Below are positions 29,423 to 38,193 of a DNA stretch of 64,000 nucleotides, one piece after another. The stretch is from Patescibacteria group bacterium (GTDB lineage: Bacteria; Patescibacteriota; WWE3; UBA101185; UBA10185), in NCBI GenBank assembly GCA_041658075.1, contig JBBAAW010000002.1, positions 602 to 64,601 of the forward strand. The letters are read 5' to 3'. How positions within the stretch are numbered: position 1 is the stretch's first letter; the number at the start of each line of letters is the position of its first letter. The notes below the pieces were generated by a model that worked only from the letters and a program-made list of their open reading frames with translations, had not been told where the DNA came from and did no database searches. Both the position numbers and the translations under genes were made by a program.

Positions 29423-30433
29423 TGTATATCCTCTCATGACCTTACGAACACTCTGATATATTAAATTTATGGAAAAAATCATACAAAATGATCCACGAGC
29501 TCGGCTCAGGCTTAGGTGGATTGAGCACTACGAGCACTTTGGTAGGAAGGTTGCACCTACCTGTAGATACTTTGGTATATCCAGGGGTACCTTTTATGTC
29601 TGGTACTACCGGTACCTTAGCCTTGGGGAGGCGGGGCTTAGAAACAAGTCCTCAAGGCCGCATAAGATTAAACGTTGGCTACCTAAGGATATCAGGGAAA
29701 CTATTATTCAATTAAGACTTCAGCGCAAATACGGTCCAGACCGTATGTCTTACTACCTCAAACAAAAGTACAATTGGTTCGTATCTAAAAACACGGTTTG
29801 GCGCCTTTACAAAGAACACGGTTTAAACCGGCTTAAATACAAAAAGACCTGGCAAAGATACCCCCAACGGTACAGCAAGCCGCTCCCTGGCGACCGTGTG
29901 CAGGTAGATGTAAAGTTTTTGGATAAACTGGAAGGATCTGATAAGAGGTATTATCAATTTACAGCAATTGATGACTGCACAAGGTTTAGAGTGCTAAGAA
30001 TCTACGATCACAACACCGTTACCAATGCCACCGATTTTATTAACGAAGTCAAAAAGGTGTTGCCTTTTGCTATAAAGCAAATCCAGACCGATAACGGCAG
30101 TGAGTTTTCCCAAACATTTAGTTGGCATCTGGATGATCTTGGTATACAGCATAGAAAAACAAGGATTTGTTCCCCTGAAGAAAACGGTAAGGTGGAGCGT
30201 AGCCACCGCACCGATGAGGCCGAGTTTTACAGCATTAATCGTTTCGTATCCATCCAGCACTGTATGAGGCTTCTAAAACAATGGGAAACGGAATACAATG
30301 AGCAAAGACCTCATATGGCCTTGGGAGGTAAAACTCCTAAGGAGTATTTGGAAGAAAAGTTGAAAAATCATGTTTCTAGCCAAGTATTAATTTCACCTAT
30401 GAAAAGTGTTCAGGAGGTGTGGTAGATATCACA
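29423..30433 (+). mobile_element. IS481-family insertion sequence (~1.01 kb)
   Basis: 5'-TGT...ACA-3' ends with imperfect IRs (left TGTATATCCTCTCATGACCTTACGAACACT; right reverse complement TGTGATATCTACCACACCTCCTGAACACT); single DDE ORF. Confidence 0.85.
29469..30425 (+). CDS. IS481-family transposase (HTH + rve integrase core)
   Basis: VQVDVK, AIDDCTR, QTDNGSEF, NGKVERSHR and YNEQRPH motifs. Confidence 0.92.
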   Translation: MEKIIQNDPRARLRLRWIEHYEHFGRKVAPTCRYFGISRGTFYVWYYRYLSLGEAGLRNKSSRPHKIKRWLPKDIRETIIQLRLQRKYGPDRMSYYLKQKYNWFVSKNTVWRLYKEHGLNRLKYKKTWQRYPQRYSKPLPGDRVQVDVKFLDKLEGSDKRYYQFTAIDDCTRFRVLRIYDHNTVTNATDFINEVKKVLPFAIKQIQTDNGSEFSQTFSWHLDDLGIQHRKTRICSPEENGKVERSHRTDEAEFYSINRFVSIQHCMRLLKQWETEYNEQRPHMALGGKTPKEYLEEKLKNHVSSQVLISPMKSVQEVW

Positions 30434-30445
30434 CACACACACACA
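30430..30445. repeat. (CA)n dinucleotide run at the IS right end
   Basis: cacacacacacacaca, which includes the terminal ACA of the IS. Confidence 0.8.
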
Positions 30446-30479
30446 GTCGCATAACAAAAAGATCTCTGCTTCACTCCGG

Positions 30480-30545
30480 CTCCACTGATATTAGACTTAA
30501 TCGTCTTATATATCACTGATGAGGTCACAATAAGACCGAATGGAG
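30480..30545 (+). ncRNA. Type III hammerhead-like ribozyme (U15.1:A16.1 variant)
   Basis: Stem III CUCCA/UGGAG; C17 at 30485; stem I UGAUAU/AUAUCA with inner AGAC/GUCU hairpin; core CUGAUGA; stem II GGUC-ACAAUAA-GACC; GAA. Confidence 0.7.
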
Positions 30546-30607
30546 ATTTCGCCTCAGAAAGTATGTCGTCAAACCAAAGGTTATGCTATATAATGGGTGG
30601 ACGTTAT

Positions 30608-30683
30608 GGGGCGGTAGCCAAGGTGGTCAAGGCACCGGTCTGAAAAACCGGCTATGTGGGTCCGACTCCCACCCTCCCCACCA
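30608..30683 (+). tRNA. tRNA-Phe(GAA)
   Basis: CCGGT-CT-GAA-AA-ACCGG anticodon arm; T loop TCCGACT; one C:U mismatch in the acceptor stem; ACCA. Confidence 0.88.
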
Positions 30684-30698
30684 AACTAATACCGGGAT

Positions 30699-31475
30699 AT
30701 GCATAAAGTCTGTGTTGAAAAAGTTTTAGATACAATTAAGTATCAGGAAAACGGCTTACCCGCAAAAGGAGATCCTTCCGTACCTTGGGTTCTAGAAAAA
30801 TTAGATCCCAGTGCTATAGCATCCAGAACTTTAGTTAAATCTTTTGGTGTAATTTCTAAAGGTTTGGTAGATAATATTCAAAGACACGAGGCAAAAAGGG
30901 GAAGACTTTTTCCAAATATTTACGAAAAGATGTTAAATAATCATGACCTTTCACTTAGGGGACAAAGGGTTTTAGAAGTAGGAGCAGGTCCTGGAGCCGT
31001 GTGTTTAGGTCTTCAAGAAATGGGTGCTAAGGTTGTTAGTTTGGACATGTGGGATGGCAGGATTTTTTATGACGAAGAAATTCCATTTTTAGTAGCAAGT
31101 GGCACGGCTTTACCATTTACCGACAAGAGTTTTGATCTTCTTTCTTTGACTTCGGTCTTACATCATCTGCCGGTAGAGTATAGAGAAACAATATTAAAAG
31201 AAGCTTTTAGAGTGGCAAATTTAGTGTTGATTCAGGAAGATTGTTTAGCATCAAATCCAGTTACTAATGCTGCTATGAGGTTGGTAGACGATGGGGTGAG
31301 CGGAGAAATAGGTACTCATCAAGCTGAATCTCATATGACAAAACAGGGATGGCTTGAGTATTTCAAAGAAATGGGTTTAAAGGTATTAGATAGTGAAGAT
31401 TATCATCCCAAATGGTTGGGGGTTGGTATACAAAAAACATTTTTCGTAGTAACAAAAAATGAAAATCAGAATTAA
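30699..31475 (+). CDS. Class I SAM-dependent methyltransferase
   Basis: VLEVGAGPG, LPFTDKSFD and VLHH motifs. Confidence 0.85.
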   Translation: MHKVCVEKVLDTIKYQENGLPAKGDPSVPWVLEKLDPSAIASRTLVKSFGVISKGLVDNIQRHEAKRGRLFPNIYEKMLNNHDLSLRGQRVLEVGAGPGAVCLGLQEMGAKVVSLDMWDGRIFYDEEIPFLVASGTALPFTDKSFDLLSLTSVLHHLPVEYRETILKEAFRVANLVLIQEDCLASNPVTNAAMRLVDDGVSGEIGTHQAESHMTKQGWLEYFKEMGLKVLDSEDYHPKWLGVGIQKTFFVVTKNENQN

Positions 31476-32163
31476 CAAATATTTAGCAAACGCGGGCGTT
31501 GGTTCACGCAGAAACAACGAGCAGGACATTAGGGACGACAAAGTAACTATAAACGGCCGAAAGGCAGAATTGGGCGAGTTTATTGACCCAAATAAAGACG
31601 TTATAAAAATTGGTGACAAAAGAGTCTCACAGAATGCTAGACCCGTGTATTTTGCATTGAATAAACCTTTGGGCATCATTTCATCAGTAAAGGACGAACA
31701 CGGCAGAAAAACCGTTGTGGACATTGTTAAATGTAAAGAACGGATTTTTCCAGTGGGAAGGCTTGACTACAATTCCACAGGGCTAATTATTTTAACCAAC
31801 GATGGTGATTTAATGCTAAAACTCACTCATCCTCGTTACCATTTGCCCAAAAAATATTTTGTAGAAGTCAAGGAGTCGTTGCAACAAAACCAAATTGAAG
31901 CCATGCAAAAAGGGATTCGGCTTGAAGATCAAGTAACCTTGCCCGCGGAAGTTAAACGACTTGGAAGAAATAAGTTTGAAATTGTTCTATACCAAGGCAT
32001 AAAGCGTCAAATTAGAGAGATGTGCATAGCCTTAGGCTTAACGGTGGTAACTATTCACCGAACCGATATAGGCCCCCTTAATATTGGCGATTTAAAATCC
32101 GGAGCTTTTAGAAACTTGACCAATAAAGAAGTTGCCATGTTAAAATCTAAGTATGACAAATAA
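31459..32163 (+). CDS. rRNA pseudouridine synthase (RsuA/RluB family)
   Basis: S4 domain RINKYLANAGVGSRR; NKPLG; VGRLDYNSTGL; RQIREM. Confidence 0.9.
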   Translation: MKIRINKYLANAGVGSRRNNEQDIRDDKVTINGRKAELGEFIDPNKDVIKIGDKRVSQNARPVYFALNKPLGIISSVKDEHGRKTVVDIVKCKERIFPVGRLDYNSTGLIILTNDGDLMLKLTHPRYHLPKKYFVEVKESLQQNQIEAMQKGIRLEDQVTLPAEVKRLGRNKFEIVLYQGIKRQIREMCIALGLTVVTIHRTDIGPLNIGDLKSGAFRNLTNKEVAMLKSKYDK

Positions 32164-32347
32164 TTGGCTTTTTTATTTCTTGGCCCTCAAGAATGGCAAA
32201 GCGTCGCAAATTGTACCCATCGACAGATTAAGCGTTGTCTTTACCATAATCCTAGCTTTTATAATTTTGAGTGAAAAAGTGTCGATCAAAACCATAATCG
32301 GCGGAGTAACTATAGTTATAGGTGCAATCTTAGTTGCCTTGGGCTAA
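32153..32347 (+). pseudogene. C-terminal remnant of an EamA/DMT transporter
   Basis: WLFYFLALKNGKASQIVPIDRLSVVF...LSEK matches the second half of an EamA repeat; the N-terminal part is missing. Confidence 0.65.
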
Positions 32348-32379
32348 ACGGCAGTATAGGATATAATATCCCAAAGTGA

Positions 32380-32456
32380 GGGCGATTAGCTCAGCTGGTT
32401 AGAGCGCTTGGTTTACATCCATGAGGTCATAGGTTCGATCCCTATATCGCCCACCA
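32380..32456 (+). tRNA. tRNA-Val(UAC)
   Basis: GGGCGAT/ATCGCCC acceptor stem, TT-TAC-AT loop, GGTTCGATCCC, ACCA. Confidence 0.93.
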
Positions 32457-32477
32457 TGTTCGTGATATTATAAACCC

Positions 32478-33542
32478 ATGACGCCTGCCCGACAACTAGC
32501 CTATGCGGTTAAACTCTTGGGCAAGATCTTTGCCTTAAAAGTCGTTCAATTAATACTTACGGGAATAATTCTAGCGATTACCCTGCCGGCAGTTTTCTTC
32601 TACATTGTTCGGCCTAAACCAGCCACACAGATAAATTACGGAATAAATTTTAGCCAAAAGTACGTCACGGAACTTGGTTTAGATTGGAAGAAGTCGTATA
32701 TACAAATTTTAGACGACTTAAAACCTAAGTACGCTCGCTTGGTGGTTTATTGGGACATTTCAGAGCCTCAAGTTGGAAAGTATAATTATAGCGACATTTT
32801 ATGGCAGCTTGACAAAGCCAGGAAGCGTAATGTTAAAGTAATTTTAACTATGGGAAGAAGGGTGCTGCGCTATCCAGAGTGTCACGAACCCTCCTGGTGG
32901 AAAAATAGTACAGACGAAAAATTTAAGGAAGAAGCACTCCTAAAATACATTGGAAATACTACCAACCAGCTTAAAGTCTACGACAATATAATCATGTGGC
33001 AGGTAGAAAATGAACCAATGTTCCCTTTTGGCGACTGTCAAAAACAAACAAAAGAGACAGTAGAAAAAGAAATAGCTTTGGTGAAAAGCTTGGATACACG
33101 TCCGATTTTGGTGCAGGACAGCGGTGAGGGCGGTTTTTGGCGTCCAATTTATTTAATGGGCGACTATCTGGGGATTTCCATGTACCGCAGAACTTGGTTT
33201 AATTTTTGGAAAGAGGCTGTTGGGACTTCGTTTTATGTGGAGTATCCGCTAGCTCACTGGACTTATAAAATAAAGTCGGTGCTGACGGGAGTTCCTGCAG
33301 ATAAGATTATCGTAACAGAACTGCAAGGCGAACCGTGGGGCCCGGATATAAATTCAAAGTTAACGGAAGAAGAAAAACAAAAAACCATGTCAAAACAACA
33401 ATTCATTGAAACCATAAGCTACGCTCAAAAAAGCGGATTTAAAGACCTTTACTTTTGGGGCGTGGAGTGGTGGCTGTGGGAAAAAGAAGTTAATAACAAC
33501 CCGTTTTATTGGGAAACCGCAAAAGCTATCATCCAAAACTGA
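32478..33542 (+). CDS. Membrane-anchored clan GH-A glycoside hydrolase (beta-galactosidase/GH5-like)
   Basis: WQVENEP acid/base, VTELQGEPW nucleophile region, YPECHEP, YFWGVEWW. Confidence 0.7.
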   Translation: MTPARQLAYAVKLLGKIFALKVVQLILTGIILAITLPAVFFYIVRPKPATQINYGINFSQKYVTELGLDWKKSYIQILDDLKPKYARLVVYWDISEPQVGKYNYSDILWQLDKARKRNVKVILTMGRRVLRYPECHEPSWWKNSTDEKFKEEALLKYIGNTTNQLKVYDNIIMWQVENEPMFPFGDCQKQTKETVEKEIALVKSLDTRPILVQDSGEGGFWRPIYLMGDYLGISMYRRTWFNFWKEAVGTSFYVEYPLAHWTYKIKSVLTGVPADKIIVTELQGEPWGPDINSKLTEEEKQKTMSKQQFIETISYAQKSGFKDLYFWGVEWWLWEKEVNNNPFYWETAKAIIQN

Positions 33543-33590
33543 CATTTTTCCTTTTTAAAGCTATAATTCGCCTGTTTGAAAAGTAAATAC

Positions 33591-33665
33591 TGGGGAGTCG
33601 TCTAATGGCAGGACGCTGCCCTTTGAAGGCAGATACTCTAGGTTCGAGTCCTAGCTCCCCAGCCA
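33591..33665 (+). tRNA. tRNA-Gln(UUG)
   Basis: TGGGGAG/CTCCCCA acceptor stem, CTGCC-CT-TTG-AA-GGCAG anticodon arm, GCCA. Confidence 0.95.
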
Positions 33666-33794
33666 AAAATTTTAAATATTCGCCTTAAAATGTTTTACGC
33701 CAAAGATATTCTAAGTTTCCAGGAAACGTGTGAAATAGACCGTAGTCTATGGGGCTGCAGTTGTTTCTACCAAGAAAAGTGCTATATTCACTGT

Positions 33795-35009
33795 ATGAAA
33801 AATGTGATTATATTAGGCTCTGGGATCCAAGGAATATGCGCTGCTTTTGCACTAAATAAAAAAGGCTACAGTGTCACTGTTGTTGAAAAAGAAAGTAGCG
33901 TTATTAATAAAACGAGCAAAAATCAAGAAGGAAGGGTGCATTTAGGCTTTACTTATGCTTTAGATAAATCGGGAATGACCGGCAATATCGTGTTGAATAA
34001 CTCTCTACACTTTTCCCTTTTGCTCGAAGAGTGGTTGGGAAAAATTCAATGGGCTAAGTACCTCATGCCGAAAGGCTATTACTTGGTACATAAAGATTCC
34101 CTGCTCACGGAAAGTGAATTAATTGATTATTATGAAAAACTCGATAAAACGTACCTTAATTTCCTAAAAAGAGATTCTAAACTATCATATTTCGGAAAGA
34201 GACCAGAAACACTATTTAAAGTCTTAAAAGATATCCCAAATTCTATGTCACGCTGTAAGATATCAGCTGTGATTAAGACGGAAGAGAGAATTGTTGAAAT
34301 GTTCTACCTAAGAGACTTAATTTTAGATAGTTTGAAAAAGACCACAATTAAGATAATGACTGATACAGAAGTACAACAAGTAATAAGAGAAGATAAAGGA
34401 TTTACAATCATAGCTAAATCTAAAAATAATGAGGAAGTAAGATTAAAAAGTGATATAGTCGCAAACTGTCTGTGGAATAATAGAATACTTATTGATAAAA
34501 CTCTTGGTATTACAACTTTGAAAGACCCTTTATACAGGTTTAAATGTGGAATATTAGGAACTGTAGATCGCCCTGTGCCCACATGCTCAATTGTTACTGG
34601 AGTTTTTGGCAACATTAGTCCTAGGCTAGACCATCGTCATGCTTATATTTCATGGCACTCTGAATGTATGCAGGGTATTACAACAGATGGTACCACACCA
34701 GCTAAATGGGAAGATTCATTTAATGAAAATTTAACAACAGATTTAAATAGCAGCTGGATCAAAAACACAATAAGCAATTTAAGTGAATTTGTACCCTCAC
34801 TAAAGACGTTTAAGCCAATAAAATTACTTCCCGGTATTATATGCTCTGCAGGTAAAACAGATATCGGAGATAAAGATAGTAAAGTACATTCTAGAGGTTC
34901 ACATATCGGAGTGCACTCTTTTGATGGTTATTTTTCAGTAGATACAGGAAAATTTTGCTCTGCGCCGTTTTTTGCAAACGAACTAGTTAAAAAAGTAGAA
35001 GAACTTTAG
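33795..35009 (+). CDS. FAD-dependent oxidoreductase (DAO-like)
   Basis: VIILGSGIQG Rossmann motif immediately after ATG 33795; TSKNQEGRVHLGFTY; C-terminal DTGKF. Confidence 0.75.
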   Translation: MKNVIILGSGIQGICAAFALNKKGYSVTVVEKESSVINKTSKNQEGRVHLGFTYALDKSGMTGNIVLNNSLHFSLLLEEWLGKIQWAKYLMPKGYYLVHKDSLLTESELIDYYEKLDKTYLNFLKRDSKLSYFGKRPETLFKVLKDIPNSMSRCKISAVIKTEERIVEMFYLRDLILDSLKKTTIKIMTDTEVQQVIREDKGFTIIAKSKNNEEVRLKSDIVANCLWNNRILIDKTLGITTLKDPLYRFKCGILGTVDRPVPTCSIVTGVFGNISPRLDHRHAYISWHSECMQGITTDGTTPAKWEDSFNENLTTDLNSSWIKNTISNLSEFVPSLKTFKPIKLLPGIICSAGKTDIGDKDSKVHSRGSHIGVHSFDGYFSVDTGKFCSAPFFANELVKKVEEL

Positions 35010-35030
35010 CAATGTTAGATCTTAAATAAA

Positions 35031-35780
35031 ATGAAACAGGTGGATAAACACTCGACAAATAAAACATCAAAACTTTTACTTTTTGGTGGTACGGGTAAAT
35101 TAGGTAAGGAGCTATCTGCGCAGGCTTCATCTGATATAGAGTTATTTACGCCTAGTCACAATGAATGCGATATCACTAAATTAAACAATGTTATTACGAC
35201 AATAAGAAATATAAAACCTGACACGATAATTAATGCTGCAGCCATTGTTGGGGTAAACGAGTGTGAAAAAAATAGGCTTAATGCCTGGAATACAAACGTT
35301 ATTGGTACACTAAATATCGCAAAGGCATGCGCCGAGAAAAATATTAGATTAATATTTATTTCTTCCGCAGTAATATTCGACGGAATTAAAGGAAATTACA
35401 CAGAAACTGATCCGCCTGCCCCAACCAATTACTATGCACTTACAAAAGTAGCTGCTGAACAGGCTGTTTCTGTAGTACCTAATAGTGCGATAATTCGACT
35501 CGACTTTTTTCCTTTAAATAAATTAAAGTATAATCAAATTTTTATAGACCATTTTACAAGTAAAATTCCAGTCACGGAGGCTGCGTATCAAATACTAAAA
35601 ATCGTTAAGAGTAAGTTTGTCGGAATAATAAATATTGGACAGGGACGGAATAGTCTGTATAACATATTGAAGCCATATTTTCCTGGAATTATTCCGAGTA
35701 AAATAGAAGAATCGACTTTACCGAGCTTTCCAAAGGATATATCTCTGGATTTGACTAAATGGAGAAATATTTTTGAATGA
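35031..35780 (+). CDS. RmlD-like NAD(P)-dependent sugar-nucleotide reductase (extended SDR)
   Basis: GGTGKLG, INAAA, FISS..IFDG and YALTK motifs. Confidence 0.8.
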   Translation: MKQVDKHSTNKTSKLLLFGGTGKLGKELSAQASSDIELFTPSHNECDITKLNNVITTIRNIKPDTIINAAAIVGVNECEKNRLNAWNTNVIGTLNIAKACAEKNIRLIFISSAVIFDGIKGNYTETDPPAPTNYYALTKVAAEQAVSVVPNSAIIRLDFFPLNKLKYNQIFIDHFTSKIPVTEAAYQILKIVKSKFVGIINIGQGRNSLYNILKPYFPGIIPSKIEESTLPSFPKDISLDLTKWRNIFE

Positions 35781-35906
35781 GTACAAAAATAACAGATAGT
35801 CTCTATTTTACATCATAAATATCCTAGCGAATGCTGTGAGTTCTGGACCTGTATGCCCAACCAAGTAAAATTGTAAACAGAATTATCAAGTCACATTGTC
35901 CAGAAC

Positions 35907-36313
35907 TTTGTTTGTCGAGGCAATATAGCAAGATCACCTTTTGCTGAAGAAGTAATCAAAAAGGAAATTCGTAAACGAGGTATTGACAACAAGTATTTAT
36001 CAATTTCGAGGGGTGTACAGGGTACTTCTGTTGATCCACAACCAGTGAAGTCTCCAAACATTACATACTATGAAACCCTATACAAAGAAACTAGACCGGT
36101 ACTAAAACGGTTTGATATTGATTTATCATCCCACATGTCGGCTCCAATCGATAAAGATATTACAGGAAAACAAAACAGGCCCTATTGACACTTTTTCCTT
36201 ACGAAGCGAACAAAGTTCACATGTTTTCTGAACTTATAAATGAAGATCGAGAAATCGTAGATCCAAAGGGAGTAAGTGGAAAGAAAAAACAGGAGCAAAT
36301 TTTTACGGACTGA
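35907..36313 (+). pseudogene. Low-molecular-weight protein-tyrosine phosphatase/ArsC-like pseudogene (not in ORF track)
   Basis: FVCRGNIARSPFAE P-loop; after a frame break ..KVHMFSELINEDREIVDP..; in-frame stop upstream and no start codon. Confidence 0.75.
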
Positions 36314-36582
36314 TTAAGAATATATGCTATCTGATTTGTCTCACTTTATTTCCCATCCTGGAAAGTAAAATAGGTTCTAGACCGACATATTCAGCTACGG
36401 GTTTCATCCTGTTGTTACGGCATTTCTACTCCTAAAAGGCGAGAATACACGTTGAACCTCCCAGTTTACCTTGAGCAAATGTTTATTGAGTTTTTAGCCA
36501 CAATATGTAATAATCCCCGAATAACCTACTAAAGGAAGCACAAGTTCCAATCTTTCCTATCTCCATATGCTAAAATAAAGTC

Positions 36583-37059
36583 ATATATCCAACAAAACCA
36601 ACTAGAGCGGTATGTATTATGTTAAAAGGTAATAAAGTACTCCTAATGCGTAGATTAAAAAGTGGAAAAGAATATTGGACATTTCCCGGAGGTGGGGTAA
36701 ATGCAGGAGAAACCATTGAGCAAGCAGTTACAAGAGAGATACAAGAGGAAACATCTATGCCGACAACTATTGAGAGTTTACTTTACGAACATCATTATGA
36801 AACAAGTGACCAATATTACTACCTATGCAAGTACATTTCGGGAAAACCAATTTTAGGAGACGCTATTGAAAAAGCACTAATGAAAAAATCTTCAAGTGAT
36901 ATCTATGATCCTAAATGGGTAAAAATCAACGAACTTAAGGGTTTATTATTATACCCATTAGAAATAAGAGATTGGTTAATAGAAGATTTAAGTACTGGTT
37001 TTAAAGACGAGGTAAGGGTAGCTAACTTAAAATTTTCAGAACTCAGGCAGAGTCTATAG
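36583..37059 (+). CDS. Nudix hydrolase
   Basis: Nudix box PGGGVNAGETIEQAVTREIQEET. The frame extends upstream of ATG 36619 through RAVCI to an ATA at 36583. Confidence 0.8.
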   Translation: MYPTKPTRAVCIMLKGNKVLLMRRLKSGKEYWTFPGGGVNAGETIEQAVTREIQEETSMPTTIESLLYEHHYETSDQYYYLCKYISGKPILGDAIEKALMKKSSSDIYDPKWVKINELKGLLLYPLEIRDWLIEDLSTGFKDEVRVANLKFSELRQSL

Positions 37060-37106
37060 AAAACTGACGAGATCCATTTCACTTTGTTTTGATATATAAT
37101 CAAAAT

Positions 37107-37781
37107 ATGAAAAATAATAAATCGATTTTAATAGTATTCTCTATTTTAATTTTATTTCTTTTAGTTTTCGTGGGGTGGAAATTAACAAGTAAAAAACCCG
37201 CGCAGGACATGTCGTCCTCACAAAATCAGCAAACACAGAAACCCAACGAGGAAAACACCACTAGTTCTGTAAACGGAAATGTTTTCGACTTAATAAAACT
37301 TGGAAAAATCTTAAAATGCACGTACAGCATGGATGCAGAGGGAGTATCAATATCGGGAATTTCGTACGTGTCAGGAAAGAATATGAGAGGAGATTTTGAA
37401 AATACAGATCCAACAGGCAGTAAAATGCAAAGTCACATGATTTCCGACGGCGCGTGGGTTTACACCTGGACATCAGCTTCCCCGCAAGGGTTTAAAATGA
37501 ACGTAAGCGACGCTGAGTCAAAAACTCCTACAGCTGACACAGGCAGCTCAGCGAATGGTCAAAACTTGGATAATTTCAAGAATAACCTGGACTTTAAATG
37601 CAATCCGTGGGTTGAAGACACGTCTCTATTTCAAGTACCTTCGGATATCAAGTTTACAGACTTTTCGGAGTCGATGAAAAATATTAATTCGGGCAGCAAA
37701 GACACTATGTGCGCCGCGTGCGATTACGCACAAAGCGAAGAAGATAAAGCTGCCTGCAAAAAACAGCTGGGGTGTCAATAA
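37107..37781 (+). CDS. Membrane-anchored or secreted hypothetical protein
   Basis: N-terminal TM, low-complexity linker, beta-rich domain with Cys pairs; TATAAT 6 nt before the ATG. Confidence 0.7.
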   Translation: MKNNKSILIVFSILILFLLVFVGWKLTSKKPAQDMSSSQNQQTQKPNEENTTSSVNGNVFDLIKLGKILKCTYSMDAEGVSISGISYVSGKNMRGDFENTDPTGSKMQSHMISDGAWVYTWTSASPQGFKMNVSDAESKTPTADTGSSANGQNLDNFKNNLDFKCNPWVEDTSLFQVPSDIKFTDFSESMKNINSGSKDTMCAACDYAQSEEDKAACKKQLGCQ

Positions 37782-37874
37782 AACTCAGAAGAAGAACGTC
37801 TCATAGTTTTACCAAACTGACTTCTTGATATATAATCCGCGTGTCTAGCGAATCAGTGACGTGGGGGTGTAACG

Positions 37875-38111
37875 ATGTTGCCCAACCGCAAGAAAAAGCT
37901 TGTTCTTGTCCAAAGGAAAATCTATCGTGTTGTCAATTCCAAAGGCGTTAGCGGCCTCACGCCGAGGAATAGAACGATAGGAGTCCCAGTTAGAACTAAC
38001 TTGGTTTACATAACGACTCTGAGTAAGTGTTACTTCAGGTTCGTTGTAAGAGGGACTAAAATCATCATTGACTTGAGGCGAAGGGATCTAGAGAAACTTG
38101 AGGAGGCGTGA
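37875..38111 (+). CDS. Orphan basic 78-aa protein (small-gene unit A)
   Basis: TATAAT at 37831, GGGGGTG SD-like sequence, 3' hairpin. Confidence 0.6.
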   Translation: MLPNRKKKLVLVQRKIYRVVNSKGVSGLTPRNRTIGVPVRTNLVYITTLSKCYFRFVVRGTKIIIDLRRRDLEKLEEA

Positions 38112-38118
38112 CTACCAA

Positions 38119-38174
38119 CCAAAAGGCGTTCTGGTGTGTGAGCAATCACAACTTATACACCAGAACGCCTAAGG
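38119..38174 (+). terminator. Long 3' hairpin
   Basis: 14-bp perfect stem AGGCGTTCTGGTGT/ACACCAGAACGCCT enclosing GTGA-GCAA-TCAC. Confidence 0.65.
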
Positions 38175-38193
38175 ACAAAGAATTATTTACTGA

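Noticed and set aside
37033-37080. Second hammerhead-like core: TTTTC...GAAAA stem followed by CTGACGAG
   Set aside because: No stem II closure or GAAA and no stem III partner downstream; it mostly overlaps the Nudix coding end. At best a truncated relic.
38119-38174. Classical integron attC sites for the small-gene hairpins
   Set aside because: No RYYYAAC...GTTRRRY boxes at the hairpin ends, and the units carry their own promoters; kept only as an unexplained shared motif.
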